This document shows positions 1 through 10,218 of a DNA stretch of 64,000 nt, piece by piece. How positions within the stretch are numbered: position 1 is the first letter of the stretch; the number at the start of each line of letters is the position of its first letter. The DNA lies in contig VXMO01000028.1 in assembly GCA_009841045.1 (NCBI GenBank), positions 2,916-66,915 of the forward strand, in the 5' to 3' direction. The DNA comes from Dehalococcoidia bacterium. GTDB lineage: Bacteria > Chloroflexota > Dehalococcoidia > UBA6926. The notes under the pieces were generated by a model. It saw only the letters and a list, made by a program, of their open reading frames with translations. It did not search any database and was not told the DNA's origin. Made by a program: the position numbers and the translations under genes.

Positions 1-580
1 CGGCCACGGTCAATACGGCCATGTTGTCCTCCAGTTGGAACCTCTGGATCGGGGCGTCGGATTTGAGTTCGGCGAGAAGGTCGTCGGCGGAGCGGTGCCC
101 AAGAATTTCATACCTGCCGTCGAAAAGGGCATCCGTGAAACGCTGCCGGAGGGGGCAGTCGCTCACTTCCCAATCGTCGACGTGCGCGCTGTGCTCGTGG
201 ATGGCAGCTTCCATGCTGTTGATTCATCGGAAATGGCGTTCAAGATCGCGGCGTCCACTGCCCTCAAACAGGGCATCCAACAGGCGCAGCCCGTTCTCCT
301 TGAGCCCGTCATGACGCTCGAAGTCGTCACTCCTGACGACTTCACCGGTGACGTGATCGGCAACCTCAACTCCAAGCGCGCCCACGTGCAGGGTATGACC
401 ACGGAGAACGAAGTGACAACGGTGCAGGCCGAGGCGCCGATGGCCGAGGTGCTCCGTTACTCGACCGAACTCCGCTCCATGACGCAGGGCCGTGCCTCAT
501 ACACTATGCGCTTCTCTCACTACGAGGAGGTGCCCCAGCACCTGGCTCAGAAGATCATCGACGAGAGCGCAGAGGGCTAG
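1..580 (+). CDS. fusA: elongation factor G, C-terminal part (5' end lies outside the window)
   Basis: The translation ends ...MTTENEVTTVQAEAPMAEVLRYSTELRSMTQGRASYTMRFSHYEEVP, the conserved EF-G domain V/C-terminus. The frame is open from the window edge and the stop is TAG at 578-580. Confidence 0.85.
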   Translation, partial: GHGQYGHVVLQLEPLDRGVGFEFGEKVVGGAVPKNFIPAVEKGIRETLPEGAVAHFPIVDVRAVLVDGSFHAVDSSEMAFKIAASTALKQGIQQAQPVLLEPVMTLEVVTPDDFTGDVIGNLNSKRAHVQGMTTENEVTTVQAEAPMAEVLRYSTELRSMTQGRASYTMRFSHYEEVPQHLAQKIIDESAEG

Positions 581-587
581 ACTCGCG

Positions 588-689
588 ATGAAGGACCTGA
601 AGAAATTTCTCAGGGAAAATGGTCACTGGGTTTATGCGGCGGGAGTAATCGTCTTCTTCACAATCTGGATAGTGCTATTCATCGAATAG
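588..689 (+). CDS. small hydrophobic ORF (33 aa, predicted single transmembrane helix); may not be real
   Basis: ATG at 588, 8 nt after the fusA stop, with GAGGG upstream. It encodes MKDLKKFLRENGHWVYAAGVIVFFTIWIVLFIE, one clear hydrophobic helix. Confidence 0.25.
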   Translation: MKDLKKFLRENGHWVYAAGVIVFFTIWIVLFIE

Positions 690-782
690 CCATAGCCTGA
701 TCCTCTGCTGCCAAAACGAAATCGGGGCGCTCCGGTGGAGCGCCCCGTTGACGTTTCTAAGGGCTGAGTTGACTGGGCCTGT

Positions 783-1781
783 TCAGCCCTGCATCAGCTT
801 CTCAACCTCTTCAATGAGCGCCGGCAGAACCTGCTTGTAGTCGCCAACGACGCCGAAGCGCGACTCACTGAAGATGTTGGCCTCAGGATCGCGGTTGATG
901 GCCACGATGTTCTTGGAGCCGGAGCAGCCCGCCATATGCTGGCTCGCGCCCGACAGAGCAATCGCAAAGTAAACGTCCGGGGAGACCACGCGCCCCGTGA
1001 TGCCGATCATCAGGTCCTGCTCACAGAAACCGGAATCCGTCGCGGCACGCGTCGCGCCCACCGCGGACTGCGGCAGCAGCGCCTGCAGCTTGTAGAGCTC
1101 GTTGAAGCCCGCTTCGTCTCCCATGCCGCGCCCGCCGGTCACAACGATGGTCGCATCCTCCATCCGGATGCCCTCAACCTGCGCGTCCTCATGCTTGACG
1201 AACCGGGAGCGTACGGACGAGGCATCCAGACCGACGTCAACATTGACCACGTTGCCGGAGCGGCCGCTCTGCGGCTCTGCGCCGTCATACGCCTTCATGT
1301 GGACCGTCGCGATGGCGGGCATCTTTGGGAATGAAACAACCTGCCTGAACAGGCCGCCCGCCACGGATCGCGCCGCCTGCAGTTGACCGCCCTCAATACT
1401 CAGCCCGGACGTGTCAGACGCGATTCCGGTCTGCAAGCGCACCGCAAGGTATGGCCCAAGATCGCGTCCGTTCGGCGTGTGGCCAATCAGAATGATGCGC
1501 GGGTTCGCCTGCTGCGCGATGGCGATAACCGCCGGAGTGTATGTCTCGTTCAGGTAATTGGCGAACTGCTCGCCATCCACCAGGTACACGGTATCCGCGC
1601 CCAGATCGATGATGTCCTGCGCGCGGTCGCCGACGCCGCTGCCAATCAGCGCCGCCGAAATCGGCTCGCCCAGGTCAGCCGACAGGCCCTGCGCCGCCGA
1701 CATCAACTCGTTCGTGATCGAGCCCAAGGAACCGTCCGCGCCAGTCTCCGCAACAATCAGAATGCCGTTCTCACCGGCCAT
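783..1781 (-). CDS. etfA: electron transfer flavoprotein subunit alpha
   Basis: 332 aa with the EtfA FAD-binding C-terminal motifs (IAINRDPEANIF, VVGDYKQVLPALIEEV). It lies immediately downstream of etfB. Confidence 0.9.
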   Translation of the reverse strand: MAGENGILIVAETGADGSLGSITNELMSAAQGLSADLGEPISAALIGSGVGDRAQDIIDLGADTVYLVDGEQFANYLNETYTPAVIAIAQQANPRIILIGHTPNGRDLGPYLAVRLQTGIASDTSGLSIEGGQLQAARSVAGGLFRQVVSFPKMPAIATVHMKAYDGAEPQSGRSGNVVNVDVGLDASSVRSRFVKHEDAQVEGIRMEDATIVVTGGRGMGDEAGFNELYKLQALLPQSAVGATRAATDSGFCEQDLMIGITGRVVSPDVYFAIALSGASQHMAGCSGSKNIVAINRDPEANIFSESRFGVVGDYKQVLPALIEEVEKLMQG

Positions 1782-1841
1782 TTCTCGTTCTCCTTCTCGT
1801 TCCGTGATTCGGAATCTTTTGTACGTGTGTACGCGGTCGGC

Positions 1842-2633
1842 CTAGATCAGGCGCTCTTCGCGCAGTCGCTGCGCCAACGCCTTGGCCGCCTCTGCCGGTG
1901 ACTCGCCCTCAATCATCTCGACGTTGGACGACTTCTCGGGCGCGAACAGGTCAACGACCTCCGTGAACGGATCGGCCGCGTCCATCGCGTCAAGGTCTCC
2001 CTTGCCCCACACGGTTGGATCAACGCGGCGGGCCGCCATGATGCCCCGCATCGTCGCGTACCGCGGCTGTCCAAGCTCGTTGGAGACGGTGACAAGCGCC
2101 GGAAGCTTGGCAGCCACCGTGTCGATGCCATCATCGACGATGCGGTCGATCTGCACTTCGTCGCCGTTCACCTCAACCGCGATTGCGTTGGTCAGAACGG
2201 GAATGTCCAGGATGGCCGCCAGGGCCGTCGCCACGATTCCCTGGTCAAGGTCGGACGACTGCCTGCCGGAAACAACAAGGTCGAAATCGCCGATCTTGCG
2301 AATCGCTGCCGCCAACGCAGCAGCAACCGTTACGGGGTCGCCGTTCGGCAAATCGGGGTCCTGCACCAGGAAGAGATCATCCGCGCCCATCGCCAGCGGC
2401 CGCTTGATCACGTCGAGGACGTGGCTCTCTCCGAGGCTCACGACGCTGACGGTTGTATCGGAATCATTGTCCTTGATGCGAAGCGCCGCTTCCGCGGCGT
2501 AGTTGTCATAGTCGCTGACAGCCGCCGGAACGCTTGCCGCGACGGCCACTCTCTTGGCCGCCCGGTCCGCCGTGAAAGAGCTCTGCGGCGCCTCCGGATC
2601 AGGCACTTGTTTAACGGTAACGATGATGCGCAT
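1842..2633 (-). CDS. etfB: electron transfer flavoprotein subunit beta
   Basis: 263 aa starting MRIIVTVKQVPDPE, the canonical EtfB N-terminus. It pairs with etfA. Confidence 0.9.
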   Translation of the reverse strand: MRIIVTVKQVPDPEAPQSSFTADRAAKRVAVAASVPAAVSDYDNYAAEAALRIKDNDSDTTVSVVSLGESHVLDVIKRPLAMGADDLFLVQDPDLPNGDPVTVAAALAAAIRKIGDFDLVVSGRQSSDLDQGIVATALAAILDIPVLTNAIAVEVNGDEVQIDRIVDDGIDTVAAKLPALVTVSNELGQPRYATMRGIMAARRVDPTVWGKGDLDAMDAADPFTEVVDLFAPEKSSNVEMIEGESPAEAAKALAQRLREERLI

Positions 2634-2845
2634 TCATACCCCCAAAAAACACGTTTTACATGGGAACGCCCCCAGCATCTGGGGGCACTAAATGTATAGC
2701 ATTCTGGATTGAATTGTGTCAAATTGCACAAACGTGGCGGGCGCGGCGTGAAAGGCCCTTTTCAACCCGGATTTTCCTTACCCCGTGCTATACTGCCCCG
2801 AACAGCGGCAACAACGGCCGAAACTGGGCGGGGAGGGGCGGTATT

Positions 2846-4960
2846 GTGATACCAGAAAAGGAATTTCTCTGGACAATCGGCGACCTCAAGTGGATCCTCT
2901 TCGCGCTCGCCGGACTCACCGTCGCCTACATCTTCTACCGACTCTATGAGCGCGCCCAGCTCTGGAAACTCGGCCAGCCCGCGGACCGGCTTGGCAACCC
3001 CATCACACGCGGCATCGCATTCTCCCGTCTCCTCATTACCCAGGGCTACGGCCATGAGAAGTTTCTGCGAGACCGCTACGGCGGTCTCATGCACCTGCTC
3101 ATCTTCTTGGGCGCGTCCATGCTCTTTCTCGGCACCGCCGTCGGCACCATCGAAGAGGAGTTCCTGTACCCGCTTGAGCACCAGGGAGTGCTGGAATGGC
3201 CAATCGGCAATTGGTATCTCTATTCCTCACTTGCGTGGGACATCGGCGGTCTTATGGCTCTCGCGGGCCTCACCATGGCCATCTTCCGGCGTTCCGCCAT
3301 CGGCAAGCCCCACCACCCCGGCCTCCTCGATGACAAGATCATCCTCACACTTGCCATCATTCTCATCTTCCAGGGCTTCGGCCTTGAGGGGCTGAGGCAG
3401 CTTGGCCAAACATCGTTCGGCATCGAATACCTTGACCATCCGGACTGGGCGATCTGGTCCCCCGGCGGCTTTGCGTTCGCCGCATTCTTCTACGAGTTTG
3501 TCGGCATCCGCGCTGACACGGCAGAAACGATCTATCGTGGCCTCTGGTGGGCGCACTCCCTAACGGTGCTTGGCTCGCTCCTTTACGCTGCCGCCACGCT
3601 CTCAAAGTTCAGCCACACGTGGATATCTCCCGCCAACTGGTTCTTCCGCAACCTTGAGCCGCGCGGCAAGCTGCAGGCCATCCCAAACCTTGAAACGCGG
3701 GAGACGTTTGGCGCGGCAACGCTGACCGATTTCACGTGGAAGCAACTGATGGACGGCGATGCCTGCACGCGGTGCAGCCGCTGCACGGACAACTGCCCTG
3801 CCAACATCACTGGCAAGACCCTCTCGCCGATGATGGTCATCCAGAACCTGAAGGGATACGTCGGCTCCTACGGCAACGCCCTGTATAAGGCGGGCGGCGA
3901 CGAATCCAAGGTTGACGAGAAACTCATCATGGCTCCGGCCGGTGAGGTCGTTGACGAGGAAGACCTCTGGTCATGCGTCACGTGCGGCGCGTGCATGGAG
4001 GCCTGCCCCGTCTTTATCGAGCACGTCCCGACAATCGTTGAAATGCGGCGCGCCCTTGTGATGAACGAGGGCCGCTTGCCGGAGACGGCAGAGGCGGCGC
4101 TCCGCAGCCTCGAAACACGCGGCCACCCCTGGAGCGGCATGAGCCGCACCCGCACTGAATGGGCGGAGGGGCTGGATGTCCCGCTCATATCCGAGGTCGA
4201 AAACCCTGAGGATCTGGAAGTCCTGTATTGGGTCGGCTGCGCCGCGTCCATGGAGGATCGTTCCATGCGCATCGCCCGCGCCACCGGCCGCATTCTCATC
4301 AATGCCGGAATCAAGTTCGCCATCCTTGGTGACGAGGAATCCTGCACGGGAGACCCCGCCCGCCGCATCGGCATGGAGTACCTGTTCCAGCTGCAGGCAA
4401 TGCAGAACGTGGAGACGCTGGACCGTTACGGCGTCAAGACCATCGTCACAACCTGCCCGCACTGCTTCAACACACTCTCGAACGAATACCCGCAGTTCGG
4501 CGGAAACTACCAGGTCATGCACCACACGCAGTACCTGCAGAGCCTCGTCGCGGATGGCCGCCTAACCCTGGATAAGACCCGTGAAGGCCCCACGTTTGGC
4601 ACGGTCACCTACCATGACCCCTGCTACCTCGGCAGGCACAACGGGGTGTACGACGCGCCGCGAGAGGTCGCCGACGCCATCCCCGGCATCAACAAGCTCA
4701 CTGAGATGGAGATGCACCGGAACCGCGCGTTCTGCTGCGGCGCCGGCGGCGGACACATGTGGATGGAAGACGGCCCCGGCCATGAGAAGATCAACCACCG
4801 CCGCACTCATCACGCCATTGATGCGGGAGCCGATGTTATCGCCGTCGCCTGCCCGTTCTGCGCCCAGATGTTCGAGGACGGCGTCCGCGTGACTGGCCAG
4901 GACGAAAACATGCGCGTGCTCGACCTCTCGGAGATGATCGTCCAGACAATCGACGACTAA
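2846..4960 (+). CDS. membrane-bound Fe-S oxidoreductase, EtfD/HdrD-like: N-terminal multi-pass cytochrome b-like domain fused to a 2x[4Fe-4S] ferredoxin domain and two CCG domains
   Basis: GTG at 2846 follows GGGAGGGG. The N-terminal 300 aa are hydrophobic helices containing His. Downstream come CTRCSRCTDNCP and CVTCGACMEACP (two 4Fe-4S motifs), then CPHCFN...CCGAGGG...CPFC (CCG domains). The gene diverges from etfBA. The ORF track places an in-frame ATG at 2660, but the GTG at 2846 has a better RBS. Confidence 0.75.
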   Translation: MIPEKEFLWTIGDLKWILFALAGLTVAYIFYRLYERAQLWKLGQPADRLGNPITRGIAFSRLLITQGYGHEKFLRDRYGGLMHLLIFLGASMLFLGTAVGTIEEEFLYPLEHQGVLEWPIGNWYLYSSLAWDIGGLMALAGLTMAIFRRSAIGKPHHPGLLDDKIILTLAIILIFQGFGLEGLRQLGQTSFGIEYLDHPDWAIWSPGGFAFAAFFYEFVGIRADTAETIYRGLWWAHSLTVLGSLLYAAATLSKFSHTWISPANWFFRNLEPRGKLQAIPNLETRETFGAATLTDFTWKQLMDGDACTRCSRCTDNCPANITGKTLSPMMVIQNLKGYVGSYGNALYKAGGDESKVDEKLIMAPAGEVVDEEDLWSCVTCGACMEACPVFIEHVPTIVEMRRALVMNEGRLPETAEAALRSLETRGHPWSGMSRTRTEWAEGLDVPLISEVENPEDLEVLYWVGCAASMEDRSMRIARATGRILINAGIKFAILGDEESCTGDPARRIGMEYLFQLQAMQNVETLDRYGVKTIVTTCPHCFNTLSNEYPQFGGNYQVMHHTQYLQSLVADGRLTLDKTREGPTFGTVTYHDPCYLGRHNGVYDAPREVADAIPGINKLTEMEMHRNRAFCCGAGGGHMWMEDGPGHEKINHRRTHHAIDAGADVIAVACPFCAQMFEDGVRVTGQDENMRVLDLSEMIVQTIDD

Positions 4961-5039
4961 CACGCTCCCAATCTGCTTATAATGGGACTGTGAAAGTGTT
5001 CACTCTGTTTTTCTCGGCAAGCGCGGGGCACACCCTCTA

Positions 5040-6182
5040 GTGCGGCTTCCACGCGTTTTGGGCTACCAGCGGCAACCCCGCAGAGAGGGCGAAAGCGAGC
5101 TCGATGAGCTTTTGCGCCCGTTGCGCGAGCTATTTGGCCGGCTGAGGGGCAGCGGATCAGGCGACAACCAGGGCGGCCAAAGGCCACCGACCGGCGCGGG
5201 CGGTGGAGCGCCCCGCCCTTCCATGCCTATCGCCCGCATCGCAGGAATCATTGCCGCGGTTATCGTCCTCGTGTGGCTTGGCTCCGGCATCTATATCGTC
5301 AACCCCGGTGAGGTCGCCATCGTCCGCACCTTCGGAAACTGGAACGGTGATCAGCAGACAGAGGGTCTGCACTGGCACATCCCATGGCCTGTTGAGCGCC
5401 AGGACGTGGTGAGCATTCAACGCGTCCAGAACATGGAGCTTGGATTCAGAAGCGTCGGAGAGATCGGTTCCGGCGAGGGTCTCGTTGAAAGAGGTTCTGA
5501 GGCGCGCATGATCACCGGCGACGAGAATCTCGTCGATGTGCAGTTGGTTGTTCAGTACCGTGTCCGTGACGCAGGCGCGTTCCTCTTCAACGTCAAGGAC
5601 CCATCCGCGACCGGACGACCGGACGGGGAAACACTGCGAGACGCCACGGCGTCCGCGTTGAGGCAAGTTGTGGGACAGCGCCCCATTGATGACGTGCTGA
5701 CAACCGGTAAGGAAGTGGTGCAGGTCGAAACGCAGCAGCTTCTGCAGCGACTGTTGGATGACTATGGCACCGGCATTATGGTCGTCAACGTGCAGCTGCA
5801 GGACGTCCAGCCGCCCGACGAAGTTCAGGAGTCATTCAAGGACGTCATCAGCGCGCGCGAGGATCGCATCCGATTCATTAACGAGGGAGAGGCGTATCGC
5901 GAAGACATCGTCCCGCGAGCGCGTGGTGAGGCTGCTCGCATCGTCCAGGCTGCCGAGGCCTTCAAAGTGGAGCGCGTACGCGAGGCAACGGGTAATGCGA
6001 GCCGGTTCCTTGAGCGACTGCGCGAGTACCGCAATCACCCCGAAGCAACACGTCAGCGCCTCTATATCGAAATGATGGAGCGTATCCTCCCGAGGGTCGA
6101 AGTTGTCGTTGTCGACGATGAAATCGGCGGCAATGTTCTGCCGTTCCTGCCGCTGACTGACCAGGAATCGACGGGGGCGTAG
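5040..6182 (+). CDS. hflK: FtsH protease modulator HflK (SPFH/band-7 family)
   Basis: A Gly-rich low-complexity N-terminus, a TM helix (IIAAVIVLVWLGSGIY), then an SPFH domain (VNPGEVAIVRTFG...). hflC follows directly. The start is uncertain between the GTG at 5040 and an internal Met. Confidence 0.8.
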   Translation: MRLPRVLGYQRQPRREGESELDELLRPLRELFGRLRGSGSGDNQGGQRPPTGAGGGAPRPSMPIARIAGIIAAVIVLVWLGSGIYIVNPGEVAIVRTFGNWNGDQQTEGLHWHIPWPVERQDVVSIQRVQNMELGFRSVGEIGSGEGLVERGSEARMITGDENLVDVQLVVQYRVRDAGAFLFNVKDPSATGRPDGETLRDATASALRQVVGQRPIDDVLTTGKEVVQVETQQLLQRLLDDYGTGIMVVNVQLQDVQPPDEVQESFKDVISAREDRIRFINEGEAYREDIVPRARGEAARIVQAAEAFKVERVREATGNASRFLERLREYRNHPEATRQRLYIEMMERILPRVEVVVVDDEIGGNVLPFLPLTDQESTGA

Positions 6183-6184
6183 CG

Positions 6185-7102
6185 ATGCAGCAACGCAGAG
6201 GGCTCTCCCCGGAGATACAGCGCCTGGTCAGCATTGCCCTGGTCTTGCTGGGCGGCGCCCTGCTTATTCTCTTCAGTCAGAGCGTCTATGTTGTCGACGA
6301 GACTGAGCAGGTCATCATCACCCGCTTGGGTGAGTATCGACGCGAGGCGACCGAACCCGGCCTCCACTTCAAGACGCCCTTCATTGAATCTGTACACCGG
6401 ATAGAAAAGCGCCTGTTGCGGTTCGACTCGGAGCCGTCCGAATTCCTAACCGCTGAGAAGAAGGCGCTCATCATCGACTCCTACGCGCGCTACCGCATTA
6501 TCGACGCTCGGCAGTTCTTCGAGGTGGTCCGTACTGAACTGGGCGCACGCGGCAGATTGGAGGCCATCATATCCTCCGAAATCCGCGAGGAGGTCGCCAC
6601 GAACGATCAGATCGAAGTCATCCGCGATAACCGTGAGTCTCTCATGCGCAACGTCACAGAGCGCAGTGATGTGAAGGCACGGGAATTCGGCATGTCCGTT
6701 ATAGACGTTCGCATTGTCGGCGCAGACTTCCCGCCTGAGGTTGCCAACAGTGTCTACGACCGGATGCGCTCAGAGCGAACACGTATCGCCAACCGCTTCC
6801 GCGCAGAGGGTGACGAGGAGAAGGCCAAGATTGAAGCTGATGCCGACCTTCAGCGCGCCCAAATCCTCGCAGAGGCCAATGAGCGCGCCCGAACCATTCG
6901 CGGTGAGGGTGAGGCGGAGGCTATCAGCATCCAGGGCCTGGCCATTGACACCGACCGCGATTTCTACAACTTCGTCAGAACGCTGGAAGCCTATGAGGTT
7001 TCCATGACGGACGGCACAACTCTTGTGGTGCCGCTCGATTCGGACTTCTACCAGTTCCTGACGGACGTCTACCCAATCGGCGACGAACGCCGCACAGACT
7101 AA
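6185..7102 (+). CDS. hflC: FtsH protease modulator HflC (SPFH/band-7 family)
   Basis: An N-terminal TM helix, then SPFH domain motifs (YVVDETEQVIITRLGEY; RIVGADFPPEV). It is translationally coupled to hflK. Confidence 0.8.
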   Translation: MQQRRGLSPEIQRLVSIALVLLGGALLILFSQSVYVVDETEQVIITRLGEYRREATEPGLHFKTPFIESVHRIEKRLLRFDSEPSEFLTAEKKALIIDSYARYRIIDARQFFEVVRTELGARGRLEAIISSEIREEVATNDQIEVIRDNRESLMRNVTERSDVKAREFGMSVIDVRIVGADFPPEVANSVYDRMRSERTRIANRFRAEGDEEKAKIEADADLQRAQILAEANERARTIRGEGEAEAISIQGLAIDTDRDFYNFVRTLEAYEVSMTDGTTLVVPLDSDFYQFLTDVYPIGDERRTD

Positions 7103-7855
7103 CGCGTCGGCGCCTCGCGCAGAAATCCCTCGGCGGCCGGGCAGTTCTCCACCAATACGCAGTCGGAACACAGCGGCTTGCGGGATTTGCACACATCCTT
7201 GCCGTGCGCCACAAACAGCGCGTGGTACTCATTGAACACCTGCACGTCCGCCGGCAGTGACTCATGGAACATGGCGCGCACGGCGTCATATGAGGGCTTG
7301 GAATCTGCATCGATAACTCCCAGCCGTTGCAGCACGCGCATGGTGTAGGCATCGATGACGAACGACGGCAGGTTCCCGGCGTAGAGCAGCATTGAATCTG
7401 CCGTCTCCGGCCCAACACCGTGGAGAGCCAGCAGCTCTTCGCGCAGTTCGTCGAGCGGTTTGGAGGCGAATAGCCGCTCAATGTCATCGTCATAGCCCGC
7501 AAGATAATCCCCGAATGCGCGGAGCTTGCGCGCCTTGGCGTTGAAATAGCCTGACGGTCGAATCAGGGCCGCAAGCTCATCAATCGGACGAGTGCGCAGC
7601 GCCTCCGGGTTCAGAGCGTCGGCTTCCCGCAGAGCCGTGATCGCCTTCTCCACGTTCGTCCACGCCGTGTTCTGGGTCAGGATCGCCCCGACCATTACTT
7701 CGAACGGCGTCTCACCCGGCCACCAATGCTGCTCGCCATACGCCGCAAAGAGACGGTCGTAGAGTTCAAGCAGGCCGAGCGGCCTCTTTCGCCGTCGTCG
7801 CCTCGACTTAGTCGCTGTCACGGACCAGCCCCGCGCCGAGTTCATAGGCTTCCGC
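7099..7855 (-). CDS. endonuclease III-family DNA glycosylase (HhH-GPD, 4Fe-4S)
   Basis: HhH-GPD motif LHGVGPETADSMLLYAG and a C-terminal CKSRKPLCSDCVLVENC cluster. The start is set at ATG 7855 (alternative GTG at 7820). The longer ORF-track start would overlap the upstream gene by 118 nt. Confidence 0.7.
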
Positions 7856-8398
7856 CAAAGCATCCGGCTTCTCCATGACATCAGTGGCGCGGACGACGCC
7901 GGGCACAAGCAGGCGCGCTGCCTCACGGAAGTGCAGACTCACCAGCCACGAGCGCGTGGCCTGCACCGCCCCGTCGAACTCCGTCAGGTCGTCTCGATCG
8001 GCGGTGGCGATGATGAGCGCCTTGCCCGCCTCCTTATCGCGTCGCAGCTGCTGTCCCAGCACGTACTTCCGGATCCACAGCGGCTGTGTTCGGTCATAGA
8101 GCGCCTTCGTCTGCGCGGGCACACCGCGAAACGCAATAGGAAAGGCGATGAAGATCAGGTCCACCGTGCGCAGCTTGGCGTACAACGCCTGCATATCGTC
8201 CAGCACCGTGCAGACGCCGGTGAGCATGCAATCTTCGGATTGCGGGCAGATGCAGGGGCTGATGGAAAGGTCCAGCAGGTTGATGAATTCCGTGTCCGCG
8301 CCGGCGTCCCGCGCTCCGTCAAGCGCCCGCTCCAACAGCGTCTCGCTGTTGCCGCCGCGCCGCATCCCGCCCGCGATCCCAAGCACTGAAATAGTCAC
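7808..8398 (-). CDS. NADPH-dependent FMN reductase family flavoprotein (with an iron-sulfur-flavoprotein-like Cys cluster)
   Basis: N-terminus MTISVLGIAGGMRRGGNSETLLERAL, the flavodoxin-like FMN reductase signature. It carries the compact Cys cluster CICPQSEDCMLTGVC. Confidence 0.65.
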   Translation of the reverse strand: MTISVLGIAGGMRRGGNSETLLERALDGARDAGADTEFINLLDLSISPCICPQSEDCMLTGVCTVLDDMQALYAKLRTVDLIFIAFPIAFRGVPAQTKALYDRTQPLWIRKYVLGQQLRRDKEAGKALIIATADRDDLTEFDGAVQATRSWLVSLHFREAARLLVPGVVRATDVMEKPDALAEAYELGAGLVRDSD

Positions 8399-8468
8399 CT
8401 AGAGATTATATGGCGGCCACCCCGTGCGGTACGATGAATCACACGGCTGAAAGAAGGGGGCGGGGACA

Positions 8469-9296
8469 GTGACAACAACCACGAAGACATCATTTCGTCA
8501 GCGGCTGCGGGAGGCCAGTGAGCGCAACAGTTCCCTGCTCTGCGTTGGTCTTGACCCCGACCCCGCCGAATTAAACGGTCGTGACATTGCTGAGTTCGGC
8601 ATCGCCATCATCGACGCCACAATCGACCTCGTCTGCGCCTACAAGCCCAATCTCGCCTTCTATGAGGCACACGGCTCGGCGGGTTATGCCGCGCTTGAGA
8701 GGATCATCGACCACGTCAACGGGCGCGTGCCGGTGCTCGGCGACGCCAAGCGAAATGACATCGGCAACTCCGTCCGCTTCTACGCGAAGGGACTGTTCGA
8801 GACGATGGGCTTTGACGCCGTCACGGTCAACCCGTTCCTCGGTCGAGACAGCCTCCAGCCATTCCTCGATTATGAGGACAAGGGCGTGTTCATCCTGTGC
8901 CGCACATCCAACCCCGGTGGCGCGGACATTCAGGGGCTGAACGCCGCCTACGACGGCGTCCCAATGCCGCTCTATGAAGCCGTCGCTCACATGAGCAAGT
9001 CATGGGACACGAATGGCAACATTGGCCTCGTGACGGGAGCGACGTACCCGTCCGAAGCGCAAAGGATCCGTGAGATTTGCCCCGACATGCCGTTCCTCGT
9101 TCCCGGTGTTGGGACGCAGGGGGGTGAGCTTGAAGCAGCCCTATCAGCGACCCTTGATGCGGACGGCGGCGGTATCCTGGTCAATTCATCGCGGGGGATC
9201 CTGTATGCCTCCACCGGCTCGGACTTTGCGGAAGCCGCTCGCGTCGCCGCGGAGAATCTCCGAGCTCAGATCGAGGCCGCCCGCCCGTCTGCGTAG
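8469..9296 (+). CDS. pyrF: orotidine 5'-phosphate decarboxylase (long type-2 form)
   Basis: LLCVGLDPDP, GDAKRNDIGNS and PGVGTQGG motifs in a 275-aa protein. Confidence 0.85.
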   Translation: MTTTTKTSFRQRLREASERNSSLLCVGLDPDPAELNGRDIAEFGIAIIDATIDLVCAYKPNLAFYEAHGSAGYAALERIIDHVNGRVPVLGDAKRNDIGNSVRFYAKGLFETMGFDAVTVNPFLGRDSLQPFLDYEDKGVFILCRTSNPGGADIQGLNAAYDGVPMPLYEAVAHMSKSWDTNGNIGLVTGATYPSEAQRIREICPDMPFLVPGVGTQGGELEAALSATLDADGGGILVNSSRGILYASTGSDFAEAARVAAENLRAQIEAARPSA

Positions 9297-9306
9297 CGCT
9301 TGGTCG

Positions 9307-10218
9307 TCAGGACGCGCCCACCAGCGACAGCACAATCGTCACCGAAACGAGACTCCCAAGCGTTCCGGCCACCACGATTCCGCTCGCAAGCTCCGGCCTG
9401 CCCTTGTACTGCGTCGCCAGGATGATGGTCAACACGGCGGTCGGCATGCCGGCCACCACGATGAGCACCTTCGATGTCAAGTCGTCGAATTGCAGAAGCT
9501 GAACGAGTCCGTACGCTACGAGAGACGACAGCACCAGCCGGATCGCAACAACGCCAGCAATCGCCCTCGCCCCCGCCATCTCACGCGTCGACGCAAGCTG
9601 GATGCCCAACACGATGAGCATGGCCGGAATCGCCGCGTCGCCCATAATCTGGGCAGGCTGCTGGATGTAGTCCGGGAGTTCGATGGCCAGCATGCTCACG
9701 GCAAGACCGAGAACCGCCGCATAGCTTGTGGGCAACTTGGCCACGGACACGAGCGAGCCCATCAGGTTCGATTGGGCACGGGAGGCGATGAACGCGCCGA
9801 CCGTCCACGCGAGAATCGCCTGCGTCACGAAGAACACCACGGCGATGGCCAGTCCCTCGTCTCCGAATGCAAAGAATGCCACCGGCAGGCCGTAGTTGCC
9901 CGCGTTCATAAACAACGCCGCGATCACAAACGTGGTCTGGGCATCCTTCGGCACTCTCATCGCGCGGGCGGCGACATAGGCAATGACGTACAGAGCCGAA
10001 AGCAGCAACAAGCTGAACGCGGCGATGCGAGCGAGGTCCTCAAGGGCAACCTGCGTGGTGGCCAAGCCGTTGAACACAAGCGCGGGACTGAAGATGAAGA
10101 GGATGGCCTGGCTGAGCGGCTCCGGCGAGATCGGCCTAAATCGGTGAACAAGCGCGCCGATCGCCGCCATCAGGAAGACGGGAAAGACGACGCTGATGAA
10201 TATATTCAGGAAGTCCAT
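9307..10218 (-). CDS. AEC (auxin efflux carrier) family transporter
   Basis: 303 aa, about 10 TM helices, N-terminus MDFLNIFISVVFPVFLMAAIG typical of AEC/malate permease. Confidence 0.7.
   Translation of the reverse strand: MDFLNIFISVVFPVFLMAAIGALVHRFRPISPEPLSQAILFIFSPALVFNGLATTQVALEDLARIAAFSLLLLSALYVIAYVAARAMRVPKDAQTTFVIAALFMNAGNYGLPVAFFAFGDEGLAIAVVFFVTQAILAWTVGAFIASRAQSNLMGSLVSVAKLPTSYAAVLGLAVSMLAIELPDYIQQPAQIMGDAAIPAMLIVLGIQLASTREMAGARAIAGVVAIRLVLSSLVAYGLVQLLQFDDLTSKVLIVVAGMPTAVLTIILATQYKGRPELASGIVVAGTLGSLVSVTIVLSLVGAS

Noticed and set aside
7808-7926. 118-nt overlap between the nth-like ORF and the FMN-reductase gene
   Set aside because: An artefact of the longest-ORF call. Choosing ATG 7855 or GTG 7820 for the nth-like gene reduces the overlap to 48 or 13 nt.
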